A DNA stretch of 64,000 bases from Thermoplasmatales archaeon SW_10_69_26. Its GTDB lineage: Archaea > Thermoplasmatota > SW-10-69-26. This document shows positions 45,463 through 55,828 of the stretch, piece after piece. Under the pieces are notes generated by a model, which was not told where the DNA came from, did not search any database, and worked only from the letters and a program-made list of their open reading frames with translations. Numbering within the stretch: the stretch's first letter is position 1; every line of letters starts with the position of its first letter. The stretch spans positions 9,393 through 73,392 of the forward strand of contig PXUB01000025.1 in the NCBI GenBank assembly GCA_003009755.1, in the 5' to 3' direction. The position numbers and the translations under genes are program-made.

Positions 45463-46803
45463 ATGCGAGTTGCCGTCGGTCTCGCTTTGGTCCTGCTCGC
45501 GCCCGGGTTCGCCGGTTGCGTCGGGACGACGAGCGAGGAGGGGATCGATGCCGCCAGCCAGGACGCCGTGAACGCCTCCGACGAGCTCGAGGACGTCCAG
45601 GAGGCGCTGGACGCCGGCGAGCCCTCGGCCAACGTCGACGTGCTCGGCGCGTGGAAGAACGGCGTGAGCGAGGAGGCCGACCCCCACCAGGACAAGATCT
45701 TCGTGGACCGGGGCGACAAGGTCGCGATCCTCGACGTCTCCAAGAAGGACGACCCCGAGAAGGTCGGCGAGATCGCCGACCTGCCGACGGCGCTCGACGT
45801 CAAGGTCAGCGACGACGGCAACTACGCCTTCATCGGAGACGACACGTCCGGCAGCACGGAGGCGACCGGCGGCACCGGGCCCTTCACCGGTGGCGTCTAC
45901 GTGTTCGACGTCTCCGATCCGCGCTCGCCCGAACGCGTCGCCTACGCCCCCGTCGGCGCCGACCGCGGCCCCCACATGGTGTACTACCAGCAGACCGGGG
46001 ACGGGCGAGAGCTGGTGTTCTCCGCCAGCGGCAACGACGTGACGATCCACGAGTTCGACCGGGACGCCGACGAGCTCGAGGAGCTGGCCAGCTACGAGCC
46101 CGGTCAGCTCGCCCAGGACCGCGACCCCAACCGCGTGGGGGCGCTGTACAACCCGCAGGCCTGGCTGCACGACATGTTCGTCATGGAGGAAGAGGACGGC
46201 ACGCTCATGATGTACGTGGCCGCCTGGGACGCCGGCTTGCACATCGTCGACGTGACCGACCCCGGCTCGCCCGAGCAGCTGGGCACCTGGAGCGACTTCG
46301 GCGACGACGAGGCCGGCAACCTGCACACAGTCGCCACCGACTGGATCGGCGACCGCCGGATCACCGTCGGATCGGTCGAGGTCGGCTTCGCCGTCGTGGG
46401 CGGCACGCTTTACGCCACCGGCGACGAGAAGTCCGTCACGTACGTCTGGGACACGACCGATCCCGACCAGCCCGAGCTGCTCGGCACGTGGACCAACCCG
46501 GTCGATCCGACGAGCGGGCGCGACTACGCGCCCGACGAGGAGATCTCGAGCACGCACAACCTCCAGCTCGAGAACGGGCGCATCTACCAGGCTCACTACG
46601 ACCTGGGGGTTTGGGTGATCGACGTCTCCACGCCCGCCCACCAGTCCGACCCGGCCACGGTCGGCTACCATTACACGGACGAGATGGGCACCTGGGACGT
46701 CGTGCTCAACGACGGCGTGATGTACACGAGCGGCGACGTGGGCGTGAAGGCGCTGACGTTCGCCCTCGACGAGCCCGGCAACGGTCTGTTCAGCCGGGCC
46801 TGA
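45463..46803 (+). CDS. LVIVD-repeat beta-propeller lipoprotein.
   Basis: MRVAVGLALVLLAPGFAGC lipobox. LVIVD-type repeats (KVAILDVSKKDDP, GVYVFDVSDP, GLHIVDVTDP, GVWVIDVSTP). Confidence 0.75.
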   Translation: MRVAVGLALVLLAPGFAGCVGTTSEEGIDAASQDAVNASDELEDVQEALDAGEPSANVDVLGAWKNGVSEEADPHQDKIFVDRGDKVAILDVSKKDDPEKVGEIADLPTALDVKVSDDGNYAFIGDDTSGSTEATGGTGPFTGGVYVFDVSDPRSPERVAYAPVGADRGPHMVYYQQTGDGRELVFSASGNDVTIHEFDRDADELEELASYEPGQLAQDRDPNRVGALYNPQAWLHDMFVMEEEDGTLMMYVAAWDAGLHIVDVTDPGSPEQLGTWSDFGDDEAGNLHTVATDWIGDRRITVGSVEVGFAVVGGTLYATGDEKSVTYVWDTTDPDQPELLGTWTNPVDPTSGRDYAPDEEISSTHNLQLENGRIYQAHYDLGVWVIDVSTPAHQSDPATVGYHYTDEMGTWDVVLNDGVMYTSGDVGVKALTFALDEPGNGLFSRA

Positions 46804-46806
46804 TGC

Positions 46807-48963
46807 TCACGTGGGCCGGCGGAGGACCGCGGCCCCCGCGAGCGCAGCGGCGAGCACCGCCAGGCCAGCCGCGGGGGTGTCCTGCGTGTCGTCCCCGTCG
46901 GTCGTGTTGGCCGTCGTGTTGTCCGAGGGTTCGGGGTCCCCGTCCGTCTGCGGCGTCGGATCGTCGGCGTCCCGCGGGTCCGAGCCTTGCTCGCACTCGA
47001 TCCCGTTCGGGATGCCGTCCCCGTCGTCGTCCGTGGTCGGGGTCGAGCTCGCCTCGTAGGGGTCCGAGCACTGCTCGAGCTCGACGTCGGTGGCGAGGCC
47101 GTCGCCGTCGGGGTCGCCCCACTCGTTGGGCGTGTGGGGTTGGGGATCGCGGGCGTCGGGCACGCCGTCGTCGTCGCTGTCGAGCACGACCTCGACCGAG
47201 ACGGGTTCGCTCCAGTTGCCGGTGGCGTGGCTGTTCGAGGCGCGGACACGGAAGAAGTACGTGCCGTCTCCGTCGACGCGCACCGTCTCGTTCGCGTCGC
47301 TGCCGGCCTCGATGATCTGGGTCGCGTTCGTGGACTCGCCGCGCCGCTGTTGCTCGATCTGGTAGACGATCGGACCCTCGACAGGGGCCCAGTTGATCGT
47401 GAACAGGCCGTCGCTGTCGCGGTTGGTGCCCTCGAGGCCGGTGGGGGCTTGGATCTCGGGCGTGTCGGGTTGGAAGGCGTCGGTGTTCACGAGGAACGGG
47501 AACCGGGTGCTGGCCTCGCCGGCGGGCCCGGAGGCGTTGACGACGAGGTGGTGGCGGCCGTCCTCGACGTCGCTGGTGTTGACGGTGAGCTTCCACCAGG
47601 GCCCGCTGGGAGCGGCCTGCTGGACGGAGCCGTTGGCTTCCACGTGGCCGGTGACGTCGCTGGCGGGGTCCGCGCTGCGGTCGAGCACGCCGACGAGGAA
47701 CCGTTGGTCGGTGCCCGGCTGAGCCAGCCGTCCCGGCTTGGGATCGAGCACGCGCACCAGCGGACCCTCTCCCGGTGTGACCTCGACGACCGTGCCGTTG
47801 TGGCCGACGGCCAGCGCACGGGAGCCGTCGTGGGCGAACGCGCACCCCAGCAGGTCGGGTCCCTGGTGGACGAGCGGGGCCCACATGCGGTCGTCGGCGT
47901 ACCCGAGCACGTCCTGCTCGAGCCCGGTCACGAGCGCGTACTCGCCCTCGGGGTGCCAGTCGATGCAGGTCGCTGGGCCGGCGGGTTTGCCCGCGCCCAT
48001 GTACCGGTAGCTGTGGTCGTGGCACTCCGAGCGGTTCTCGTGGTCGTGGCAGTCCAGCCGGTCGGCCGACCACGTCATGAAGCTGGCGCCGGGACCGTCG
48101 CGGCCGGCGAACGTGGCGAAGGTGCCGTTGGGGGCGAACGAGATCGCGTTGAGGAGGGCGTCGCCGCGCTGGAAGCGCCCGTAGATGGCGACGTTGTCCT
48201 CTCGCGTCATCTCGGCGTAGCCGTTCGTGCGCCAGACGGTGCCCAGCACGGCGTCGTCCTCGCGCTGGACGGCGGCCTCGACGAGCGCGTAGTCGGAGGC
48301 GGGGTTGAAGTCGATCGAGCGGAAGAAGGCGCCCTCGCCGCTGTGCACGACCTCGAGCGAGCCGTTGGCGTCGACGCGCAGCAGGCTGGATCCGCTGACG
48401 AGCGCGAAGCTGTCGTCGGAGCTGAACGAGGTGCCGAGGCCGTAGAAGGTCAGGTTGCGGTCGTCGTCGGCGAAGCGGCTTTCCTCCCACACGTCGCGGT
48501 AGTCGCCGGGTTGGCCGTACAGGATCGTGTCGCGCAGCCCGACGACGACCTGGGTGCCATCCGAACGGACGTCGACGTCGACCAGAGCCGGCCCGGACCG
48601 GTTGTAGACCTCCTCGAGACCGGTCCCGGGCGTCCACTCGGCGATCAGGCTGTGCGTGGTGTCACCGTCCTCCCAGGCGCCGACGAGCGTGGCCTGCGTC
48701 TGGTTGGGATGGAAGGCGACCGATCGCCAGGTGACCGAGTCGCCGGTGTCGCTTCGTTGCACCTCGTCGTCGGGCGAGGGCGCCTGATGGAAGGCGGCCG
48801 CCGTCGGGACGAGCAGGAGGAACAGCACGAACAGCGCGAACGCCCGCACGAGCCCGTCAGGGCGACCGCCGGGAGTTAAGGCTTGCGGAGAGGGCGCACA
48901 GCCGGTCGAGAAGGGAACAGCGGGGAAGAGGGCCAGAGCCCTCACACAGAGACCCAAAGGCAC
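46807..48963 (-). CDS. Secreted glycoprotein with a WD40-like beta-propeller, a fibronectin-III-like domain, thrombospondin type-3-like Ca-binding Asp repeats and a C-terminal PGF-CTERM-like anchor.
   Basis: Signal peptide (VRAFALFVLFLLLVPTAAAF). At least 15 NxS/T sequons. FN3-like ...TPEIQAPTGLEGTNRDSDGLFTINWAPVEGPIVYQIEQQ...YFFRVRASN. DxDxDGxxD repeats (DSDDDGVPDARD, DPDGDGLATD, DDDGDGIPNG). Thr/Asp-rich linker then PAAGLAVLAAALAGAAVLRRPT* at the C-terminus. Confidence 0.7.
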   Translation of the reverse strand: MPLGLCVRALALFPAVPFSTGCAPSPQALTPGGRPDGLVRAFALFVLFLLLVPTAAAFHQAPSPDDEVQRSDTGDSVTWRSVAFHPNQTQATLVGAWEDGDTTHSLIAEWTPGTGLEEVYNRSGPALVDVDVRSDGTQVVVGLRDTILYGQPGDYRDVWEESRFADDDRNLTFYGLGTSFSSDDSFALVSGSSLLRVDANGSLEVVHSGEGAFFRSIDFNPASDYALVEAAVQREDDAVLGTVWRTNGYAEMTREDNVAIYGRFQRGDALLNAISFAPNGTFATFAGRDGPGASFMTWSADRLDCHDHENRSECHDHSYRYMGAGKPAGPATCIDWHPEGEYALVTGLEQDVLGYADDRMWAPLVHQGPDLLGCAFAHDGSRALAVGHNGTVVEVTPGEGPLVRVLDPKPGRLAQPGTDQRFLVGVLDRSADPASDVTGHVEANGSVQQAAPSGPWWKLTVNTSDVEDGRHHLVVNASGPAGEASTRFPFLVNTDAFQPDTPEIQAPTGLEGTNRDSDGLFTINWAPVEGPIVYQIEQQRRGESTNATQIIEAGSDANETVRVDGDGTYFFRVRASNSHATGNWSEPVSVEVVLDSDDDGVPDARDPQPHTPNEWGDPDGDGLATDVELEQCSDPYEASSTPTTDDDGDGIPNGIECEQGSDPRDADDPTPQTDGDPEPSDNTTANTTDGDDTQDTPAAGLAVLAAALAGAAVLRRPT

Positions 48964-49224
48964 GGAGGAGAGGGAAGGCCAGGATGGGACGAAGGAGGCG
49001 GTCGGCGGTGCGCGTGGGCGGGTCGGCTGGCGAGTTCCTTCGGGAAGGTGTCGAGGGAGGTGGGCAGCGATCGCAGAGGTGGGCCGCTGGGCCGAGCAAC
49101 CCCGTGCTTGTTCGTCCGCGACCGACCCGCCTCCGGTGGCCGACCAGATTCGGTCGCTCGGCTTCCTTTGCCCTTCCCTGCCTTGCGGCGCTCACGCTGA
49201 CCCCCTGCCGTCTCCTCTGTGAAC

Positions 49225-49232
49225 GTTTATGA
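49225..49232 (+). promoter_or_regulatory. TATA-box-like element for valS (leaderless transcript).
   Basis: gtttatga is centred about 29 nt upstream of the valS ATG (49257) in otherwise GC-rich sequence. Confidence 0.3.
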
Positions 49233-49256
49233 ACGGGAAGGGGGCTCGCCGCGTCG

Positions 49257-51662
49257 ATGCCCCAGCGCTCGCCGCAGATCGAGGAGAAAGCTTGGGACGT
49301 CGACCTGGAGGAGGACGTCCTGGCGGATCTTCGCGACGAGCCCGTCGACCACGTCGACCCCACGCAAGCCCCGGCCGAGTCGGTGTTCGTCATCGACACG
49401 CCCCCGCCGTACCCGAGCGGGACCTGGCACATCGGCGCGGTCGCCCAGTACAGCCTGATCGACGTGATCGCTCGCAGCAAGCGGATGAGCGGCGAGCGCG
49501 TCCTGTTCCCCTGGGGACTGGACCGCAACGGGATCAACATCGAGCAGGTCGTCGAGGAGGAGTCCGGCAAGCCCCTGCAGGAGTGGGACCGGGCCGAGTT
49601 CGTCGACGAGTGCCGCGATGCGATCCAGGAGAACAGCGAGAGCCTCGAGCGGACGGCGAAGCGCATCGCGATGAGCTGCAACTTCGAGGACACCTACCGC
49701 ACCGACGACCCCGAGTACCGCGCCCTGACGCAGAAGGGCTTCATCCAGCTGTGGAAGGACGGCGCGATCACCGAGGACCTGCGCCCGAACAACTACGATC
49801 CCGAGCTGGGGACCACGATCGCCGACGCCGAGGTGTTCTACGAGGAGCGCGAGACCGATCTCGTCCACGTCAAGTGGACCGTGAAGGAGTCCCAGGAGGA
49901 GATCGTGATCGCGACGACGCGGCCCGAGCTCATCTGCGCCTGCCAGGCCGTGATCGTCAACCCCGACGACGAGCGCTACCAGCACCTCGTCGGCAAGCAC
50001 GCCGAGCTGCCGCTGTACGACCGCACGGTCGAGATCCGCGAGCACCCCCACGTCGACCCCGAGTTCGGGACCGGCACGATGATGGTGTGCTCCTACGGGG
50101 ACCAGGCCGACGTGCGCCTGTTCCGCGAGCTGGATCTGGATCCGATCAAGGCGATCGACCAGACCGGCGAGATGACGGAGGCCGCCGGACCCTACGCCGG
50201 GCTCGCCGTCGAGGACGCCCGCGAGAAGATCAAGGAGGATCTCACCTCCAAGGACCTCGTCGCGGAGACCGAGCGCGTCGAGCAGCAGTTCCCGATCAGC
50301 GAGCGCTCCGACGCCGCCGTCGAGATCGTGCCGATCGAGGAGTGGTACGTCTCGCAGACCGACGTCAAGGACGAGATGCGGCGCATCGCCGAGGAGATGG
50401 ACTTCCATCCCGACAAGCACCGCCAGCTGCTGCTGGACTGGATCGACACCGTGTCCATCGACTGGCCGGTGTCCCGGCGCCGCTACTACCACACCGAGAT
50501 CCCGATCTGGTACCTCGAGGACGAGGACGGCGAGGCCGACTACGTCGTCGTCCCGCCCGAGGGCCCCTACTACAAGCCCTGGCAGGAGGACCCGCCCGAG
50601 GACAGCATGGTGTACGACCGGGAGACGCGCGAGAAGCGCGGTCGCCTGGACGCCTTCCTCGAGGAGTACGACGGGTTGACGGTGCGCGGCGAGGAGAAGG
50701 TGTTCGACACCTGGATGGACTCCAGCCAGTCGAACCTCTTCATCACCGGCTGGCACGAGGACGAGGCGGCCGGCTTCTTCAAGGAGAACTTCCCCGTGGC
50801 CCTGCGCCCGCAGGGTCGCGACATCGTCCGCACCTGGCTGTACTACACGGCGCTCAAGTCCCACCTTCTCGAGGACGACCAGCCGTTCGAGAACGTCTGG
50901 ATCACCGGCCTCGGCATGGACGAGCACGGGCGCAAGATGAGCAAGTCGCTGGGGAACGTGATCGAGCCCAGCGAGGTGCTCGACGAGTACGGCGCCGACG
51001 CCTTCCGGTTCTGGATCGCCAGCGAGTGCACGATCGGTGACGACTACCGTGTCCGAGAGGAGAAGATCGAGGGCGCGCGCAAGTTCATCACCAAGCTGTA
51101 CAACGTCGCCCGGTTCCTGTCGATGTTCGAGCCGCCCGAGGAGCCGGCCGATCCGGCCACGCACGACGTCAACGCCTGGATCCGTGCCGAGTTCAACGAG
51201 ACGCGCGACACTTGCCTGGAGGGCTACGAGGAGTTCGACCCCTTCGAGCCGGCGAACGCGATCCGCGACTTCGTCTGGAACCTCTTCGCGCCCCACTACA
51301 TGGAGATGGTCAAGTCCCGCGCCTACGACGACGACTGGGACACGATCCGCACCCTCCAATCCGTCGTCAAGGGTACGATCGAGCTGCTGGCTCCCATCGC
51401 CCCGATCGTCACCTACCAGCTGTACCGCGAGCTCTACGGCGAGAACGTGCACGAGCAGTCCTTCCCCGACCCGCTCGAAACGGCCGACCCCGGGCTGGCG
51501 GATCTGACCGAGACGGTCACCGAGTTCAACAGCGACGTGTGGAGCGAGAAGAAGGAGATGGGCATCTCGCTGGGCTCCTCGATCGAGGGCGTGACCGTGC
51601 CGGACGAGCTGGCTCCCTTCGAGCCCGATCTCGTCGACATGCACGGCCTCGAGGACGCCTGA
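49257..51662 (+). CDS. valS: Valyl-tRNA synthetase (archaeal type) with an atypical HIGH motif.
   Basis: 801 aa. FVIDTPPPYPSGTWHIGAVAQYSLIDVIARSKRMSGERVLFPWGLDRNGINIE aligns to archaeal ValRS (…[32 protein letters not shown]…LFPQGFDNHGLP…). KMSKS is present (GRKMSKSLGN). The HIGH signature reads HIGA. Confidence 0.7.
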   Translation: MPQRSPQIEEKAWDVDLEEDVLADLRDEPVDHVDPTQAPAESVFVIDTPPPYPSGTWHIGAVAQYSLIDVIARSKRMSGERVLFPWGLDRNGINIEQVVEEESGKPLQEWDRAEFVDECRDAIQENSESLERTAKRIAMSCNFEDTYRTDDPEYRALTQKGFIQLWKDGAITEDLRPNNYDPELGTTIADAEVFYEERETDLVHVKWTVKESQEEIVIATTRPELICACQAVIVNPDDERYQHLVGKHAELPLYDRTVEIREHPHVDPEFGTGTMMVCSYGDQADVRLFRELDLDPIKAIDQTGEMTEAAGPYAGLAVEDAREKIKEDLTSKDLVAETERVEQQFPISERSDAAVEIVPIEEWYVSQTDVKDEMRRIAEEMDFHPDKHRQLLLDWIDTVSIDWPVSRRRYYHTEIPIWYLEDEDGEADYVVVPPEGPYYKPWQEDPPEDSMVYDRETREKRGRLDAFLEEYDGLTVRGEEKVFDTWMDSSQSNLFITGWHEDEAAGFFKENFPVALRPQGRDIVRTWLYYTALKSHLLEDDQPFENVWITGLGMDEHGRKMSKSLGNVIEPSEVLDEYGADAFRFWIASECTIGDDYRVREEKIEGARKFITKLYNVARFLSMFEPPEEPADPATHDVNAWIRAEFNETRDTCLEGYEEFDPFEPANAIRDFVWNLFAPHYMEMVKSRAYDDDWDTIRTLQSVVKGTIELLAPIAPIVTYQLYRELYGENVHEQSFPDPLETADPGLADLTETVTEFNSDVWSEKKEMGISLGSSIEGVTVPDELAPFEPDLVDMHGLEDA

Positions 51663-51674
51663 GGGGGACCCACG

Positions 51675-52292
51675 ATGACGGAAGCGCTGCGATCGGCGAC
51701 ACGCTGGATGGCCGCGGCCACCGCCATCGCCGCCGTCGCCTTCGGCTTGCTCACCGCCGGCCAGCTCGACCTCGCGACGTACGCGGGCCTGGCGGGCGCC
51801 CTCCTGTACGCGCTCGCCGGTCTCCGCATCGATCGCGCACTGGCGGACCGGGACGCCGGGGACCGCATCGACTACCCGTTCCCCCTCGGCCAGCGCGGCC
51901 GTCGGCTCGCTTGGACGGCGCTCGTGGCGGCCATCGGCATCGCCGGCTTCACGTTCGCTGCCCCCGTGTCGGTCGCTCTCCTCGGGGATCTGGGCCTGAT
52001 CCTGGCCGGCGCCGGGGCCCTGCTGGCGCCGCCGATGGTGGTCATGGTCGCGATCTGGACCGCCGACGGGCTCTCCCTGCGCAGCGGTCACGAGGCCCCA
52101 GGCGACCCACTGATCGGGGCGGCCGGCGCGCTCGCGCTGGCGCTCGTGTTGGCCGTGGTCACCGCCACCACCCAGTTCCAGGCCAGCTTCGTGCTGCTGG
52201 CGGCTTTCGGCGGTCTCGTGCCGGCCCTGTTCACGCTGTGGAGCCTGATCCGGCTCGACCAGGCGCTGGCCACCCTTGTCCCCTCAGCTTAA
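51675..52292 (+). CDS. Multi-pass membrane protein, hypothetical.
   Basis: 205 aa with about 6 hydrophobic helices and a clean ORF. Confidence 0.45.
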   Translation: MTEALRSATRWMAAATAIAAVAFGLLTAGQLDLATYAGLAGALLYALAGLRIDRALADRDAGDRIDYPFPLGQRGRRLAWTALVAAIGIAGFTFAAPVSVALLGDLGLILAGAGALLAPPMVVMVAIWTADGLSLRSGHEAPGDPLIGAAGALALALVLAVVTATTQFQASFVLLAAFGGLVPALFTLWSLIRLDQALATLVPSA

Positions 52293-54888
52293 CCAGGCGC
52301 GAGGCGTTGGGCCCGCGACCGTGCCCGCCGACCACCGCCTACCCACGACCGTGCGGCCCACCCGCTACGAGCCCCACCTGGAGGTCGGGCTCGCGGCCGA
52401 CACCTTCGAGGGCCGCGTCACGATCGACGTGGTGATCGAGGACCGTTGCTCGAGGATCGAGCTGCACGCCGACGGTCTCGAGGCCCAGGCGATCGAGCTC
52501 GCCACCGACGAGGCTACGATCGAGCCCGAGCTGCGCGAGCAGCCCGATGATCGCTGGATCCTCGACCTCCCGCGCACCCTCGAACCCGGCGAGGCGACGC
52601 TGTCGATCACCTACGAGGGCGAGATCGGCGACGACATGACCGGCCTGTACCGGTCGGAGGCCGGCGAGGAACGCTGCCTGGTCACCCAGTGCGAACCCTC
52701 GGACGCGCGCTCGGTGTTCCCCTGCTTCGACGAACCCACGTTCAAGGCCGAGATCGCCTGGCGGATCCGCGCCGACGAGGATCAACAGGTGCTGGCCAAC
52801 GGCTCCCTGGCCGAGACGCGCGAGCACGAGGATGGCACCGCCACGCGCGTGTTCGATGCCACGCCGCCGATCGCCAGCTACCTGGCGGCGATGGCCGTGG
52901 GCGACTTCGAGGCGAGTGACCCCGTCGACCACCACGGCGTCCCGTTCCGCGTGTGGGCGCTGACCGACGCCGAGGAGCTCGGCCAGCGAGCCCGCGACCA
53001 GGCCGCGCGGTTGACGAGCTGGTTCGAGGCGTACTTCGAGCAGCCCTACCCCTACGCGACGTACGACCAGTTGGCCGTGCCGAGCTTCAGCTTCGGCGCG
53101 ATGGAGAACGTCGGCCTCGTCGTCTTCCGCAAGCCCCTGCTGTTGCTCGATCGCGAGATGTCGACCTGGGACGAGGAGAAGGCGCTGGACCGCGTCGTCG
53201 CGCACGAGCTGGCGCACATGTGGTTCGGCAACCTCGTCACGATGGCCTGGTGGGACGACTTGTGGCTCAACGAGGCCTTCGCCGAGTGGATCGCCCACGA
53301 GGCCCTCGACCAGCTCGAACCCGGTCACGAGATCTGGCACGCCTTCCGCCAGCGGACCGACCAGGCCCTGGCCACGGACGCGCTGGACAGCACGCACGCC
53401 ATCTACCACCCCGTGCAGACGCCGGCCGAGGCCATGGAGATGTTCGACGCCATCACGTACGGCAAGGGATCGGCCGTGATGCGCATGCTCGAGGCCTACC
53501 TCGGGCCCGAGACCTTCCGCCAGGGCCTGGCCAGCTACATCGAGACCTTCGCCGAGGACAACGCCCGCGGCAGCCAGCTGTGGGACCACCTGGCCCAGGC
53601 CAGCGACGAACCCGTCACCGAGATCATGCGGGCCTGGGTCACCCAGCCCGGCCACCCCTGCGTGGCGATGCGGTTGGTGGACGAGGGCGTCGTCGAGCTG
53701 ACCCAACGCCACCACCGGGCGCGGCGGACGACGACGCTGCAGGCGGCCACGTGGCCGGTGCCGGTCGTGCTCCGGTGGGCCGACCGGGCCGGCGTCCACG
53801 AGACGAGCGTGCTCCTCGAGGGCGAAAGCACCGAGATCGAGCTCGACCCCGCGGGGGAGATCGCCTGGCTGGTGGGCAACGCCGACCAGGGCGGTTTCTA
53901 CCGCGTCGACCACGGCCCCGAGCTGGGTCAGCGCCTGCGCGCCAACGTCCGCGAGCTCTCGCCCGCCGAGCGGTGGGGCCTGATCCGGGACAGCTTCTCC
54001 CTGGTCAAGGCCGGCCGCCGGTCGATGGACGACCACCTGAGGCTCGTCGACGAGACCGCCACGGGCCAGGCGCACTTCGCGTTCGTGGACGATCTCGTCG
54101 GCCACGTCCGCGAGCTCGAGCGCATGCTCGAGACCCACGGCGACGCCGAGGCGCTGGCCGGGTTCCGCTCCTGGGTGATGGCCGCCTTCGGGTCCGCGCT
54201 CGAGGAGCTGGGCACCCACGCCAAGCCCGGCGAGAAGCCGGCCCGCCGCCACCGGCGAGGCACCGTCCTGATGGCCCTCGCCGGCATCGGGGGCGACGAG
54301 GCGACCCTCGACCCCGTGCTCGAGCAAGCCGAGACCGAACGCAGCGACCCCGAGGAGATCGATCCCGAGCAGGCCCAGGTGGCCGTGCGCGTGGCCGCCC
54401 GCCACGGCGACCACGGGACCTTCGAGACGTTCCGCGAGACCTATCTGGCCCGCCGAGATACAGGGGACCCGCCCCAGCAGGTCGAAGGCTACCTCCACAG
54501 CCTTCCGCTGTTCCGCGAGGACGAGAGCCTCGAGGCCCTGCTGGGCATGGTGGCCGACGGCGAGATCCCCCAACAGTCGATCGGGCCGCTGCTGGAGACG
54601 ATGCTCACGCAACCCCACGCCCAGGGGGCCGCGCTCGACCACGTCGAGGCCCACGCCCAGGACCTGCTGGAGACGACCGGGCCGGCCTGGATCGCCCGCA
54701 TCGTCGAGGCGATCGGCCACGTCGGCGGCGACCGACGTCAGCAGGCCCGCGCGTTCCTCGAGGGCGAGATCGGCGAGATCGCGCCCGAGAGCACCGAGCG
54801 CGCGCTGGAACGCCTCGATCAGAGCGAGGAGCTGGCCGAGGCCGGCGTGGCCGAGGAGCTGGCCGCCTGGGCGCGCGAGCACGCGTGA
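52276..54888 (+). CDS. pepN: M1-family aminopeptidase N.
   Basis: GAMEN exopeptidase motif and the zinc site HELAHMWFGNLVTMAWWDDLWLNEAFAEW (HExxH-x18-E). About 870 aa with a C-terminal ERAP1-like helical domain. Confidence 0.85.
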   Translation: MSPQLNQARGVGPATVPADHRLPTTVRPTRYEPHLEVGLAADTFEGRVTIDVVIEDRCSRIELHADGLEAQAIELATDEATIEPELREQPDDRWILDLPRTLEPGEATLSITYEGEIGDDMTGLYRSEAGEERCLVTQCEPSDARSVFPCFDEPTFKAEIAWRIRADEDQQVLANGSLAETREHEDGTATRVFDATPPIASYLAAMAVGDFEASDPVDHHGVPFRVWALTDAEELGQRARDQAARLTSWFEAYFEQPYPYATYDQLAVPSFSFGAMENVGLVVFRKPLLLLDREMSTWDEEKALDRVVAHELAHMWFGNLVTMAWWDDLWLNEAFAEWIAHEALDQLEPGHEIWHAFRQRTDQALATDALDSTHAIYHPVQTPAEAMEMFDAITYGKGSAVMRMLEAYLGPETFRQGLASYIETFAEDNARGSQLWDHLAQASDEPVTEIMRAWVTQPGHPCVAMRLVDEGVVELTQRHHRARRTTTLQAATWPVPVVLRWADRAGVHETSVLLEGESTEIELDPAGEIAWLVGNADQGGFYRVDHGPELGQRLRANVRELSPAERWGLIRDSFSLVKAGRRSMDDHLRLVDETATGQAHFAFVDDLVGHVRELERMLETHGDAEALAGFRSWVMAAFGSALEELGTHAKPGEKPARRHRRGTVLMALAGIGGDEATLDPVLEQAETERSDPEEIDPEQAQVAVRVAARHGDHGTFETFRETYLARRDTGDPPQQVEGYLHSLPLFREDESLEALLGMVADGEIPQQSIGPLLETMLTQPHAQGAALDHVEAHAQDLLETTGPAWIARIVEAIGHVGGDRRQQARAFLEGEIGEIAPESTERALERLDQSEELAEAGVAEELAAWAREHA

Positions 54889-54953
54889 GCCGGTAGGATC
54901 GCCGGCCCCTCCCGGCGAAGGGCTTTCACGGGGTCGGCCCCTGGTCGCGGCGG

Positions 54954-55775
54954 ATGAGGGAGGCCGCCCAGACCCAGGACGAGCCCACCCAGCCGACCAG
55001 CTGGCAGCGGGTGCCGCCTGCCGACGCCGACGCGCTCGTCGTCGGCGCCCCCTTCGACGGCACCAGCGGCGGCCGCCCCCGCCAGGCGCGAGCGCCCGAC
55101 CTGTTGCGCTCGGCGCTGGAGCTCGCCGAGACCGACGACGGAGCGCCGGTGTGGGACGCGGGCGACGTGCTCGTGGACCCCATCGAGCCGGAGCCGACCT
55201 TGGCCCGGTTGGAGGCCACGATCGAGCGAGCCTGCGCGCAGGCGCCATCGGCGCTGCCGGTCGTGCTCGGTGGCGAGCACACGGTCTCGCTGGCAGCGGT
55301 CCGGGCCCTGCAGCCGGCCTCGATCGTGTCCCTGGACGCCCACCCCGACCTGTGGGACGACCAGCACGGCCGCTCGATCGCGCAGGGCACCTGGCTGCGG
55401 CGGGCTTGCGAGCGCTCGGACGCCGAGGTCGTGGTGCTTGGCGCGCGAGCCGCCCGCGGCGCCGAGACCGAGGCGATGGAGGAGCTGGGCGTGCGGACCG
55501 AGCTGCCGGCCAAGCTGCCCGAGCCCGTGTACCTGACGGTCGACATCGACGTCCTCGACCCCCAGCAGGCACCCGGCGTGGTCTGGCCCGAGCCGGACGG
55601 GCCGGGCCTGGACGAGGTCGCCGAGCTCGTCGGGGCGGTGGCTGGTGACCACGAGTTGGCCGGCGTCGACCTGGTGGAGGTGAACGCGGCCGGTCCCGGG
55701 CCGACGGTCGACGCGGCGGCCCACCTCCTGCAGCAGGCCTTGGCGGCCGCTGGCGGCGACGCTGGGACGCGGTGA
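54954..55775 (+). CDS. Arginase/agmatinase/formiminoglutamase-family ureohydrolase (agmatinase-like).
   Basis: Mn-binding motifs: VLGGEHTVS, SLDAHPDLW, YLTVDIDVLDP. Confidence 0.75.
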   Translation: MREAAQTQDEPTQPTSWQRVPPADADALVVGAPFDGTSGGRPRQARAPDLLRSALELAETDDGAPVWDAGDVLVDPIEPEPTLARLEATIERACAQAPSALPVVLGGEHTVSLAAVRALQPASIVSLDAHPDLWDDQHGRSIAQGTWLRRACERSDAEVVVLGARAARGAETEAMEELGVRTELPAKLPEPVYLTVDIDVLDPQQAPGVVWPEPDGPGLDEVAELVGAVAGDHELAGVDLVEVNAAGPGPTVDAAAHLLQQALAAAGGDAGTR

Positions 55776-55828
55776 GAGGAAGAGGAGAGGAAGGCGGGGC
55801 CCGGCCCCGCTAGCGAGGGAGGCCCGGG

